DNA from: Ramazzottius varieornatus
Lineage: Eukaryota > Animalia > Tardigrada
Reading direction: 5' to 3'
Length of the DNA: 64,000 nt
Assembly: GCA_001949185.1 (NCBI GenBank)
Contig: BDGG01000001.1
Location: 5,197,624 to 5,261,623 of the forward strand
Part shown: in pieces, positions 24,309-37,641 of the stretch
Layout of the letters: each line of letters starts with the position of its first letter
How positions within the stretch are numbered: the stretch's first letter is position 1
The notes under the pieces: model-generated
Seen by the model: only the letters and a program-made list of their open reading frames with translations
What the model was told of the DNA's origin: nothing
Database searches by the model: none
Position numbers and translations under genes: made by a program

Positions 24309-27300
24309 ATGGGAGGCAACGTGTCACAGCTGCCATTAGCTTACTCCAACAGCACTGTCCATTCGCGCAACATCCGTCGATCGTCTGATCGCATCGCGTC
24401 ACCGTAAGTGATATGTGTATCCGGTATTTTTTCCTGTTCATCTTTGTTTCATGACGGTTTTGTCTTCTGCAGGAACAGTCCCCAGACGCCCGAATCATCG
24501 ATACGAAATGGTCAACGAAACCTGACACCTCAAGAGCATGCCCTTTTCAACAGTAAAGGGCGTTCGCGTTCCGCGAAAAGCATTACATCTAGTCATAGCA
24601 GTTTCTCTCGCGGCCGAACTTTGTCAACGTAAGCAACAGTGTTAACGGTCAAGGTAATAAAGTGCAAACTGCTGTACGTAATGTGGTTAAGTTTTGCAGA
24701 GGTTCGCGGTCACGTATCGGACGCACGGTTGATCTACCCTCTAGCGCATCTGGTTCGGTTGGGCTGAGGCGGCATGTGTCGTTCGCTGAGCCAAGCATTT
24801 CTTGCCGATCGAATCTACCATTCGACCACGATGTCAAAGAAGAAATCGTCGGGCAGGTGCGAACTGATGTACGTCGGGAGCTTGCTCGCCAGTATGACTC
24901 AGGCCGCGATAACCGTCAGCTGGTTCTTGCCCTGGACAACGCCATTATTCGTAATGTGATTCAGGAACTAAATGCTTGTAATCAGCCGATATCTGAAGCC
25001 ACGCCTCGGTTCATCAGTTTACTGGCCAATCAGCAGAGAGCCTCTAGATCTGATGGAGTTCTACATCTACGCAGTCCTGGGAATCACGATCATGCAATTA
25101 TTGCTCTGAACATGCTTTTCATAACGCGTCAGGCAGGGGAGCAATCGGAAAAAACAGTCTTGTCGCAAGTCCTGAACAAGGTAGAATCTGCTTTCGTGGA
25201 GGACACTGCAGGCGTCGACCTGGTCGTGGATTTTTCTTTGCTGACTACCGCCGGCTTGTTGACTCGAGGTGCAAATCTAGCCAGAACTCTGATCAGTGAA
25301 TCAGCGCAGCATCGGGGAAACTGTCGTCGCGTTTTCTTCATTAGCTTCCCAGAGGAACTGCGGACTCACTGCACCAGGTGGCGGAACGAGCTACCCAGAG
25401 ACTTCAGAAGAAGAATTTGGTGTATCGATGCGGAAAATGTTCAGTCGTAAGTGCGACCTCTTTATTCCCGTACTGTGCTTCTCAGATAATTTTCTGTCTG
25501 CACGCGTCAACCAGCTGGCTGTAGCAAAAGAGCACAGGGGTTGCTTGGTCGGAAGTTCGTTTCTATCGTGGTATAAACTGGCGGTAGTGTTCTTCCAGAT
25601 TACTTTCCCTATTACCAATCGTCTTCAAATGGAAATTCCTCTCCGATGGAATGCGCTTCTGGAGATTCATCTCCACCAGTTTGGCCAACAGCCCAGCGAC
25701 CTACGCTTTCTCCTGCACCTGCTGACCAAGTAGAGAAACCGCTACCGCAGACGTTGAGCAGCTACTTGGAAACCAGCTCTCGGCAGCTATGTTTCAAACA
25801 ACTGGTTGGATCGGGTGTCGTTTACGAAGCATTTTTCAGCATGACCAACATCAACACGGATTCCTTCCTTGTTGCTCGCCTGTCGCCACGTTCTTCGGCT
25901 TATCAAACAGGTCTATCCAAACTTTCCCTACTACCCTACATGCAGAATAAAGAGGCAAGAATCTACATCACCCATGATGCACCTGCCATAAACGACCTGT
26001 TTCGACTTCAAGTGTACGTTCTGGCTGCTGAACAAAGTCAGAGATTCACCGCGCACTTTGAAACAATGGATGAGAAATCTTTCATGAGCGAACTTCGACG
26101 AGCAACGCTGATCAAGTTTGGGTGCAACTTATTCGTAGGGGATGTTGTAGTAGCGGACGGTGATTATATTGCAGCATGCAGAAGTCCAACAAGTCAATGT
26201 GGTGAAGTCAACGACGAATGGGCTGGTGAAGGCGACATGTTGGACTGGACGGTGGGTTATCCGTTCCCGGCGGTGAACGAACCGTATTGTGAGCCATCGG
26301 ATGAGAACCTACCGTCACGAAGACCAAAGATGACGGTATCAGGTTTCGTTCAAACAGAAGTGGCTCCACGTCGACAGACTATGCACGGCGATATGCAAAC
26401 TGACGAAGTCCTGAAGAAACAAGCCAGATCATATTTAACCCAGACCGAACGACGGGCGATGTCCTTGGCTCACGCTCAGACCGACCAGATTGAAACGAGA
26501 GCAAAACGGTCTAGCATAGCGCAGACTGACCATGAACAAATGAAAGCTGTCGCTTCCCTGTCCGTGCAAGTACAGCTTCCACCCATTCCCGATATAGGCC
26601 ATATGCAAACTGACCTGAACAAGATCCCCGAGCTCAAGTCTATCCGCGAAAGTATCGTCCAGACGAACCCTCTCCTGCCAGTCACAACAGGTAATCAGCC
26701 ATTTCTGACGAAACTTCATTACAGTTTTGACTCACGTAGACCCACAACGAGAAATTATGGACCAGTAAAAATTATGGACCAGGCCTTTTCGATAAGGCGG
26801 TAGGGAAGAATGTACGTACGCGAAGGAACCACAATAACACACTTTTCGACACTTTTCTACGTTTAAAGTTAAAGTTTGCCGTCTTTCCCGCCTGAACCAT
26901 AATAATTACTGGCCGATAATTCTCGTCAAGCGTGTAAGGAAGTCAGTTTTGATTGTGACAAACAGGAGAGATGCAGACAGACGCAGAACCACCGAAATCG
27001 CTCCGCGAAAGCATCGTTCAAACCAATCCAATGACTGGTCCGGAACCCCTTGTGCTGACGGCTGTGACCCACGGCTTTGTCCAGACCACGCTAATTGCTG
27101 TAGGCCAGGGACAAATCCAGACTGATCTTCTCGAAGTACCCGTGGTAGCGGAAGGGTATATGCAGACAGAAACCGTTGAAGCCCTCCTACCACACCCGGT
27201 GACGTCTGGTATGATGCAGACCGATGCAATGCAGTTGATACTTGAGACCAAGGAAACATTCTCTCACAACATTCAGACCGAAACCAGAGCAGCCATATCC

Positions 27301-28305
27301 GGTTACATGCAGACGGATCCAGGTGAAACCATCGCCCGGTTAGTTCTTACCGCCAACATGCAAACCGATGTGGATATCATACCGACGGAGACAGCCTGGG
27401 CGAGCCTGCAGACCGACGAGGAAGCGAATCCGTTACCTGTACCTACTGCTCCCGGCTACATGCAGACTGATCAAGTTATCACACATCCTGTTGACACACA
27501 AACTGTTCCACGATCTTTAGCCGATGCAGCTATTGGTGGGAAACTGTATGAAACAGCCGAAGAACTGCAGACACCAGTCGACCCGAAAAGCGATGCGCCG
27601 CCTGCCGAAGTCGTAAAGACGGAGACCCCTGCCGAAATTGCGGAAGCTGAAAAGCGTGGCGAAGACCAGCCAGTACCAGTTGAGGAAGTGGCGAGAGAAC
27701 CTACTGACTGGAGGAAATGGGCTAAATTGCTTGCCCTATTGCTCTTGTTGCTCTTAGGCCTGTTCATGAGTATGCGTGAAGGTCCCTTCGTGGATGTCAT
27801 GGATTGGACCGGGCTTGGTAGAAGTACAGACAGCACAGCTCGTTTTGCTGGTAAGGCAGCTGATGTACCGGGAATGGCAACCGAGAAGAACTCGTGGATC
27901 GAAGGTATCAAGAGAAAGGAGCGAGCAGATACGGAAGTATCGTCAGAAAGGTCGAAAGGGTGGTTCAGTGGATGGTGGTCGAAGGAAGAACCGTGGAGGA
28001 AGCCAACAGGCGTAGACCCGCTGGATGACTGGAAGGGCGAAATGCCGGGGACGCTGCCTGCTCGAAGAGGATTGGAAGGAACATCGCCTGATCTAGGCTT
28101 GACGAAGGAATGGCTGCACACGTTGGCGCTCAGGTTTGATGGCAGTACTAACAGCTGGAACAGTTTACGATCAGCGAATGATTTCGGCTGTCGGAATGAA
28201 GAGCCCAGGAAAAAGAAACGATGTCGCGACGAGTACTGGGGAGCCAGTAAGTATGTGTCTTGCAGGATAGCTAATTCTTATGACCATCACGTCTATGGAA
28301 TCTAA
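24309..28305 (+). CDS. Uncharacterised protein: MGxxxS N-terminus, RVxF motif, Sec14/CRAL-TRIO-like domain, array of 21 QT motifs, single TM helix
   Basis: Exons 24309-24402 (MGGNVS..), 24472-24628, 24699-25447, a probable 23-nt microexon near 25525-25547, 25600-26690 and 26966-28305 join in compatible phases. Motifs LRRHVSFAE, VDLVVDFS..RRVFFISFP..RRRIWCID, repeated MQTD/IQTE/VQTN, and WAKLLALLLLLLLGLFMSM. Confidence 0.72.
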
Positions 28306-28802
28306 TTTTTCCGAAGGCCGGTGCGCTTGTGCATAACTTTGTCTCTTAATTACCAGTGTCTGCTTATTCTGCGTGCCTCTCTGTGTTTCTACGGTCCGCA
28401 GTATCTAATGGTTCGGAAGCACGCACTTAGCATTTATTTCCTCTACGAATTCTTTGCTTCATTACTATGGCATCCGTGAATGTGTAACTTAATTAAATGT
28501 TAAATTCAATTTTGCTCCTCCGAATAAAAGCATGGGTCCACTCAAAAGAATTTAACTAGCTGAGGAACATACTTGATAAGAATTCAGCCCAAAGTTTCAC
28601 AGATCGCTCACTGTGTATGCAAGACGGCATTGAGAAACGCCTCTAAGTAGTGTGAACCGTGCTTTGGGTTCGTCGCTCACACTACAGCTAGATTCCCCAT
28701 TGTCTCCGCTATGATGTCAGTCAACGGGCACACAGGGAAGCACTCAGATTTTCCAAAGTTGTCCCGAGAGATGTTTACCCTCCGTGGTCCAGCTAGACCG
28801 CA

Positions 28803-31800
28803 TCACACGCCCCACGCTTCAACCTCACAAAGATACAATCGCTGGGGCAATGGATCTTCGACCTCAATTGAAATCACCGATCCCACCAGAGGATTCCCAT
28901 CCTTTACACAAGACCGTGTGTATTCCTTGACTGCCGTCGAAAAGCTTTCCAACGGGCCGTCACCACAAAGCGTATTGTTTCTCCACTCGGTCTTCTCTAT
29001 CCCAACTCTCACTTGCCGGTTAGTATTCTGTCGTCCGATGATTCTCACGGTGAAAATCGATCTCACTTTCCTCAGATGAACAATCCAAAACGGTTTCACC
29101 GCCTCTTCGGACGACCAGCATAAATGCCGTAGCGTCCTTCTCTCGCCATCCGTAGTCAGCGATAGGAGGGCAGCTGGGTTGGACGTTGGGTGCGGTGCCA
29201 GCCCGTACACCACGTTGTGGTAATGCTCACGTGGACAGTACCGATCGCGGTTGATGGTCAGGTTGCAGATACACAACGACTGTAGTTTTGGCTTCAAGCC
29301 GGGTAAGGCGTTCAGGTGAATGGAGATGTAACGACCAGCTATGTACGGCCAGTTCTTCTTCTCGACAGAGTACCCTTCCCGTGATAGTTCTCCGGTGATT
29401 TGAATATTGTCTTTCAGGATACCATTTTTTGTGGGATCCATGTTGTCGCCAACGCGGATGGTCAGCCGGCCGCTGGTCATGTTGTTGCATAATTTGAACT
29501 TGGCTTTGTACATCTCAGTGACTGCCGCCATATCCAACATCACCCATGGGGATTTTTCCTTCTCTAAAAATCAAATGCCCTCTATTTCCGCTGACTGACC
29601 AATATCAAACCATGCTCCTGCTTCAACTTACTTGTGTGGAAGCAAGACTGATCTTCAGACAACAAGACCCAAATATCTTGCCCGGTCTCGTATGAGCTAG
29701 CCTGGACGGGATGCAGATGCGTGGCTTCCACGACCGTCATGCAGACCCGTGCCCACACCTTGATATCGCATATTACCAACTTTGAGTTCATCTTCAGGCG
29801 TTGGATAGTCACATACGAGCCAAACAGTCCTCCCTTTATACAGTCGATCCTCCAACCTTTCGTTCCCGGTATTCTTCCCGGTATTTTGGTGTCATTTTTA
29901 TAACACAAGGCGTTCTTTGAAATATCGTCCTTGCGTGAATACTCGCCCACACGAATTTCAAACTGGCTCAGCCGGTCTTCTTCGACGTCGGATGTGTCCA
30001 AGGTGACACCTTCCACGTACAGCTGTCCGCCCGGCATGATGACCCAGTACGGATTGTCTTGCTTACCGTCGGTGCTTTTACAACGCTCGTACAGCTGGCG
30101 CACCCGGAACTCGTTGGTGGCAGCCTGTCCCAGGGCCTTCGAGGCGTTTGGCTGGCTGAGGTACTTGGACGAGAAGTCCGCCTGGTCCTCCAGGTCGCCT
30201 TCCATGCAAGGCTTGCCCATCACCTCGACTTCGCACAAAGACATACCGATGGGCACCGATGAAGGCATCTGGATGGATACATAACGCCCAAATATTGGCA
30301 TATGACGACATCTGCGGAAACACAGTTCAAGTATTTCCAGAAGGTGTCCGGCTGCTTACCACTCAAGTACCTGATCTCGACAGAACGTCTCTGGACTGAA
30401 CCTAGTCCAGAAATTAGCCAGCAAATGTTGTTCACCGTCAAGTTGACCGAGCTATCAGTTTGCACAGGATTGTTAAGTCCAACACGGAGTTCGGCATTAT
30501 GGAAAGCGAAACCGGGATGGACGACGAAATGTGCGATTTCGTACACACGTCCCAAGTCCAAGTACCACCAGGGATTCAGTTCGAGCAGGGTGAATGAACA
30601 GGTTCGCAAATCCATCATCAAAGTTCTGCCATCAATGATACCATCGTCTCCATCCACAGCATTCGACGCGGGCATCATACTAGGCGACCTCGAGGTGCTA
30701 CTCTGCACTGCTGTCTTTTGGAGCGCCACGTTGACAAACTTGTCCATGACACAAGACTTACCTGTAAGGTACAGAATATTGTGAGAGACGTCTGAGTACA
30801 CAAACCCTTCCAGGTGAAGTTACTTTTATTTTCAAGTCGACAAGTATGTCAATTACGGACCGAGCGAGGACCAGTAGCCGTCACTTTCGCAAGTGGTGGT
30901 TTGGTAAGTTCCATCCAGACACTGGAAGGTGACATTGTTGGGTGAGTAGAAGTGGATGCCGCTACGAGTGGCACAGGCTCGAATACCGGGATCCCCACAG
31001 TGCGCCTTACACTTCGGCCTAACCGCCGTCTGCAGGTTACAGTGCTTATCGCGCGGGTCCGACACCTTTGTAGGGCAGTCCTCCATCTTTTCCTCATACC
31101 CTGTGCACTTCATGGTAGAAAATGCCATGGGGTACTTGGCTCGGTGCTCCCACACCGGACAGCCCATGAGCTCGATTTGCAAGGCGGCTGGCTTATTGAT
31201 CGTAGTCTTGTTGGGGTAGATGCGGATATAGAGACCACGAATGGCTTTTGGCAGCCAGATCGTTTCCGGGTAGATTGCCTGCGTGTTGCCATCTAGAACC
31301 GTTGCGTTGTTGATATGAGTCATTTCATGTATGGGTGAACGGCAGCAGAAGGCCCAGTTCACACCGTTTGTGCTGTTGGCAATCTTGAAATGCGTGACGA
31401 AATTCTTCGAACCGTTCCCGTTCAGGTGGACTCCTGTACCAAAACGACCCCATTACTTTTGAATACTCAACTGTGGAAAAGTTCGTCGCAGCCATGCTGC
31501 AATGAACTCTGAGAAAAACCGTAACTTGGGCAAGCTTCGTCAGCTATTATCGTCAGCAAGACTCGGCGCAGTGGAATGCTTGGGAGCGCACTTTAGTCGG
31601 TCCGCTCACCTGTGATTCGATAGCCGGTCTGCGAGGTATTGAGGAACACTTCGAGGTACGGTTCCGTGTCGTTGATGGTAGGTCTCCAACCTTTGTAGTA
31701 CAACCCATCTTCTTTGCCCATCAAGCGAGCGGACGCGGGACTGGAATCGACAGCCGAGCTGCTGGCACTGAACCACGTGTCATTGAAAGCTTTCGTATTG

Positions 31801-34800
31801 GTCAGGCCCACGTCTCGGGAACAGTTTACGTCCCGTTGGTAAAAGTCAGTACCGTGGATATTTTCTTGAAAGCCGGTCACGTCCCATGATTCTTGACTGG
31901 CAGAACTGAGGACGCAAGTACGGTTCGCGTACATCATGTAGTAGCCACGACAAACAAAGCCACGCTCATATAGGCAACGCTTAGCGCACTCGATGTCCGT
32001 GTGGTTGTACCAATAGGAATCGAAGTGGTGGTTTGGGAACAGCAGCGAATCACGGAAGCGGGTGAATTCTGCGGCTTCTGTGTGGTCTGAAAAAGGTCAA
32101 ACTCCATCATACGTTACTGCTGTCGATACATTGTTAAAATGGTGGGCTAATTTTTGTCATGAAAAAATAGCCTTGCTTAAATGAGCCGTGGTGGATATGC
32201 AAACCTATTTGTCTAAGTCTGGTCCATATTTGCTCACTTCTGCCTGCCCGAGTTATGTTGCTCACATTGATCGAAACAGTAACTTCGACGAGCCGATAAG
32301 TAGGTTAGATGCTTCATGTGAAGCTGAGTTAAAAAATCATCAGCAAAATTTCCAGATTCTACTGTACTTACATTCCGGATGGAAGTTGCATCCGAGAAGT
32401 TCGAACTTCACCACCGGCTCATCATACAAGCCGAAAGTACTGTATTTCTTAGGGAAGATTCTTAAATGCCGAGTGTAGATCGGCGGGGAAAAATAGTAGA
32501 TATTATAGATTCCAATTTGCTCAACCATGTTCTCCGTGTGGATCTGTAAACAAATTCGGCCAACCATCACACGATGCTTGGTACAGTAGCAAAAGCAACG
32601 CATTGCATTGGTGACAATTTTTACCGTGTATTCCGACCAATTATAGGCATTCTGGGAATAACGCAGCTGAAACTTCTCCATGTAACTCAAGTCGAATGAC
32701 TCGACAATCATGGCCGTCACTTCGACCTTCTGTCTCAAATCCACCGTGATGGAGGCATTGCGGTCGTTGGGGTGGGGTTTCCAGCCTCCAAAGCCTCTCG
32801 TATCGTTCGTTCCGTTGTACCTGGCCCTCTCAGGCCCATACGAGGTCATACACGAGTGGGTTTCCGGGTTATGGCAGGCCTCCTGATACTGACTGCTGGC
32901 TGTCAATTGGTAGTCCTTAATGTCTCCCTTCGACATGCCTAGTGGTAGCATACAGCTGTCCCGTAAGGGTCTGCCCACGAACTCGAAGCGAACGTAGCAG
33001 TTGGGCGGAGAGTCCGTGATTTTCAGCCGGACTAAGCGGGCCGACCATGGATACCTGAATGAGATGAAGGAGGGTGTGGCACCGTTCTCCGGCCCGGAAA
33101 ATTCTCGAGGTTCGTCCTCCTGTGGAGGCGAAGGAGAATCCATATTGATACCGTACCTGTTGGAAGATCAAACTGTAAACAATTTACAAGGATATTGGAC
33201 AGAGTATCACTGTACCATCGCAGATGGTCCTCCGAGCCGCTTTTGCTGAACATGATCTGGAATTTGTTGATGACAACATTGGTCGGTGCGACGTTGTTAG
33301 GATGACCGGCTATGATAATCTGTTTGATCAAGTACATTTCCGGGAAACGGATTTGAAATTCTTGACCCACGCATGTTTCATTATGCCAGATATCGCTGAC
33401 GTTAGTGCCCATGCGGTAGTCCAGCGTGTCGTTCATGCTCAGACCCACCGCTAGACGAGACAAGTTGGAGATGACGTAGGTGAACTTGTCCAGCGGTTTC
33501 TGGTTGCAGCCAATTAGCTCCCAACGCATGCCGTAGGAGTAACCGGGCTGCTCCTCCGATTCGTTGACCCTTTTCTTTGGAGAATGGCCCTCGTAGTTCA
33601 GATGGATACCTTGGTGGGGATTTAGCCGAGCAAACCGCACATGTTCCTCTGGAGTCTCGAACGTATTGGTTTTGATCAGACGACCTTCGTGGTTGCCGTC
33701 GAACACGAAGCCATCGTCTACCGAGGTCGGTGAGGTGTAGGAACTGTCCATGAAGACGTGACGCTCGTGCGTCACCTACATTCAACAAAACGCAATCGTT
33801 TGAAAGCTTCGCACTCTAATGGACAGTTGTCATCGTAGACTATAGTGGATACAGATTCACCACTCTCTACGGTACAGTACGTGTTTGTCCACAAACAACA
33901 GTGTGTGATTCAGTAGGGTTAACACGCAGCATACCCACTCACTTCCACCCTGCTCATGTTTACCTGCATGGCGAACTTTTCGATGTTGGAAGTGTACGTC
34001 TTGTTATTGTGGAATACTTCGATACCACGTGTCAGTACTGCTGTAATCTTGTGAGGCGAAATCAGATCGACGGAGATCCAAGAGGAAAGAAGGGCGCTGC
34101 GGTTGTTGGTCACCCAGCCGCCACCTCCGGATATGGGTTCCGTTGTACTGTTTGCTCTATTCAGTGGTGGGATTGTTGTGCTTTCCGATAGAAAGCTGTT
34201 GTGCGCGTCGAGGTATTTCAGGTAAGGCATAGCCTGGACCGAAGACGAGTAGAACTGGCCTCTTTCGATGCGTTGATTGCCATCGAACAAGTAATCCATA
34301 TGCTTGCAGTCGATCAGGGGAGCCTCTTTGATCTCGTAGTTGGGTACTCGAACGTAGAACGCTATACGTGCTTTCGTGTGGTTCACGTCAAATACTCTTC
34401 GGTCCTGCTGGCTTGCGATGATCGTACCTGGTAAAAGATCCAAAAGCCATCACAGTCTATCGGGGGCGAACTGCGACCTTGAAGACCTTGATTCAAAACG
34501 GTGGGAAGAAACTGGTGAGACCTACCCGGAAACATCACCAGCTTTATTGTTTCGTTCTCCGTCGTCACTGCCATGCCAGTATTCTCCGTATCGGCGTTTG
34601 ACCCAACGGACTCGGTAACACCGGTAGTCCCACTGTTTGGGTCGGCAGTATTCCCCGTGATCTGGGTTCTGTCTGCACTCAGGGTGCTGGGAGTGGTGCT
34701 ATCAGTAGTGACAGGGGTCCAAGTTTCATCTTCGGAGACATTCAGGCTCTGCATAGTATTGATGGTGTACATGAGGTTCCCCGTGGCCTTATCCTGGTAG

Positions 34801-36400
34801 ATCCAAGGCATGCCCAGTGTCACTGAGTGTGCGGACGGTGCGCTGATGTTACCCTCCCAGTCGCCAAAGCCTTCGGTCCTGTCGAAAGTGACGGTGGAGG
34901 ACAGTAGCGTGACGTTCTCCAACTCTTGGGTCGTGTTGATCAGTGAACGCGTTGATGGATACTGAGCGTGCACGGTGGTGTTGGTGTCAGCTTTCGGGTC
35001 GGAAACTACCACGAGAAATTCCGCATTGTTCCCGGGCTCCGTAATCTGCGCGAAAAGGAAGTCTGATTCACCATTAATTAAACGAACCGATTATAGGCAC
35101 AACGTTCAGGAGAATCCACCAAGCGTCGCAGAACCATGTTTCCTCCATTTTTCTACGAGTTGATGCGCAATTGCATTGCAGTGGTTGCCTACCTGGAACG
35201 AGTCGGCAAGTGCCAATATGGAATAATCTCTGCTGGGATGCGGGTCATGGAAACTTCTATTCAGCAAATTCTCTTCGGTCCACGCACTGGTCACATCCGG
35301 CAAGTCGGCCGCCAATACCAGCGTCCACCCACCCGTATCAAAATTCATGTTACAGTAAACTCTGATGACTCGATCCAGTACCGTACTGTAGATGTAATAC
35401 CATCCCGAACTGGGCGTCCAGTCCCACAAGTCATAGTTCATCCTGTGCTCCCAACAGGACCTGGCTTGCGCCCTGTCAAAGGGGTCAGTTAGTCCCGCCA
35501 TCTGGCAGGCTAAAGCGTTATCCTCCGCCGTCCAGTTCTTCCGACATACCGTCGACCACTGGGCGATATGATTCATGTAAACCAGTAACTCGAAGTCTTC
35601 CTCTTGTGTGCTACCGGTAATGCTCTTCTGGTCGATTCGCCCTTTTTTGGCGTCTTTGCAATAGACGTCGACCGGACGGGACCTGCAGCCGGTAGATGGC
35701 GTTATCTTGTCGAAGTGGCACTGAGAGAGTTTGCCTTCGGTGCCGAGACAGCCGGTGTAGTAGGGTAGGGTCAGAAAAGACGCGTTGGGCGTCAGTGGTG
35801 GGAGCCCCAGTCGTCGCATCTCGAAACCTGAAGGACTACTCGCCGTTACACGTGAACAAGAAGATTTGGTGATGAGTCAGCTATGCCAGAATGGCAGTTT
35901 GCTGCTTACTGGCGTAGGTCTTGTGTGGTGCAAAGTTGAGCTGTCGGCATACAACGTCCAGTCCCGACTCCAAGAAGTTATCTCGACAAAACTCCAACCA
36001 GTCGTACTGATGTGACAGTAGGGCATTGGGCTTGGGTGTACTGTAGGGAATCTGCAGCGTGCCGTAGCGCCCTGTTGGTCCACGCAATCTTATGGTGTCT
36101 CCTACAAAACAGATACATGGTGGAGAAAGAGTCGCACACAGAACACCGACACGTCCCGAGGAGGATCGTACCGATGCAAAGTAGGGAGGCGCAGTCGCAG
36201 GAGCTGGTGTTCCCGAAGCACAGTTGGCCATTTTCCGTTACGGCAAAGTGGATGAAGCTGGCCCATTCCCCAAAACTGCATTTCTCCTCACATTCGAGCA
36301 GGTTGCCCGCCAGTATCATGCTGGTGTCGAACTTGCCCACCAGGGGAGCCATAATAGGATTGGAGGGGTTCATCATATTGCTGAATGGGCACCATAACTG
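28803..36400 (-). CDS. Large mosaic lectin-like extracellular protein (Cys-rich/WSC-like, SRCR, split SRCR, FReD N-terminal motif, mucin, 4x F5/8 type C, PAN/apple, CCP, 4x fucolectin); 5' end unresolved, possibly up to ~37500
   Basis: IRLRG..DVVCRQLNF..CLGTEGKLSQC (SRCR); VYCNMNFDTGGWTLV (FReD); WISVDL, LGMSKGDIKDYQLTASSQ, RWELIGC, KFELLGC, QIELMGC (discoidin); ECAKRCLYERGFVCRG (PAN); HCGDPG..VTFQC..TCESDGYWS (CCP); NVALQKTAVQSST, PWWYLDLG, LCEVEV, LYLCEVEAWGV* (FTP). Confidence 0.85.
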
Positions 36401-37641
36401 TAACGAGGCAAAGAACGGAAACAAGATCAAATCTTTTGTGATGTTATCCGCTGACATTCTAGTTCAAAACCAGCATCCGAAGAGATGAGCTACACTGGCC
36501 ATACTAGGATGCGATCTTCTCCATCCCACTTCCGGTCGAGCTTAGCAACTACAGTGCGTACCGCTTAAGATTTGCTGCTGTTTATAGCTCTTCCGGGATC
36601 AGGAAACAGCCAATCTTGACGGGAAGGCGAATGTAGAGTCAATCGGTCCACTTGGCTTTCGCCAGAAATGGACACGGTGGAAGACTTACGGGTGATTCCA
36701 TACGCTACGCTCAATCAAGGCAGGTCGAAAGAAGCCAGCCATCGTGCGTAAGTCAGATCACTTCTGGCGGGTAGCACCATGAACCTGAAACGGGAAAGGT
36801 GATTTGTCCTCGATATGGTCATGTTGCTGCACTGCAACTGTAACATCAATTTTGCACCGGGACAGACACGACTTGGTTCAGAAGATTCTCTTGAAAATGT
36901 CCGACAACAAAGTCCAACGGGTGTACTTATACGGTGGAGTGCGAGGCGCAGGAACGGGGTTCAACCATTATAGAGTGTAATACGGTACTCACTCCTGGAT
37001 GTTCCTGTCAGATGAATCTTCGAACGTCAACGCTAGAGCAAAATCAGTCAATAAAAAAACTAGGATGACTGCGGCCTCCAGAGGTGCAATGCGCCGATGA
37101 ATGACCAACCGGAAGTCGAAACTTATATTTTGTCTGGGGTTATCCAAAGTTACCTTTGCGGTCTCAGCCAAACACTCCTGCGCTGGTTATCGGTCAATTT
37201 CCCGACACAGGCTTCCGTGAGGTGTTCGAACTCTATACAGAGGCGCTTTGGGTTCCCGCAGTACGAACAGCGAGCCCAGAGACCAGCAATCAGGGGCCGG
37301 TCATGTGATACGTCTCCCGACTCTTCAGAAATATGATCGAAACTCCACCGGCTCACTTTCCGAGATCGTCCTGCTGGACATGTGAGTGGACCATCGTAAA
37401 CATTATGGCGACAGTGTGCCATCCTCTTGGGGACGGAGTGACTGGCTGACAACACTAGTATCAACATTCCGATTTGCCGTGCTGGGTGTTCTTGTTTCAC
37501 ATCACGCTTGCTGCCACTCCAGAGAAACTACGCCTGCGTTCAAGGTCCTTCGCGTTCTTTTGCTCCCAATATCTCCGTCTCGCCAAGGGATGCCAAAGCA
37601 GGCGCTACTTGCAAAGGTTGGATAAAAATAGAAGATACTGC

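Noticed and set aside
30853-30855. Apparent stop codon splitting the lectin into two genes
   Set aside because: A phase-1 donor (CTC G|gtccgt) joins the CCP exon to GKSCVMDK, supplying the final CCP Cys, so one gene is more likely.
36560-36670. WSC-like IGCF exon with TGA/TAA, considered for readthrough or selenocysteine
   Set aside because: Two different stops and incompatible splice phases; it cannot be distinguished from intron or decayed sequence.
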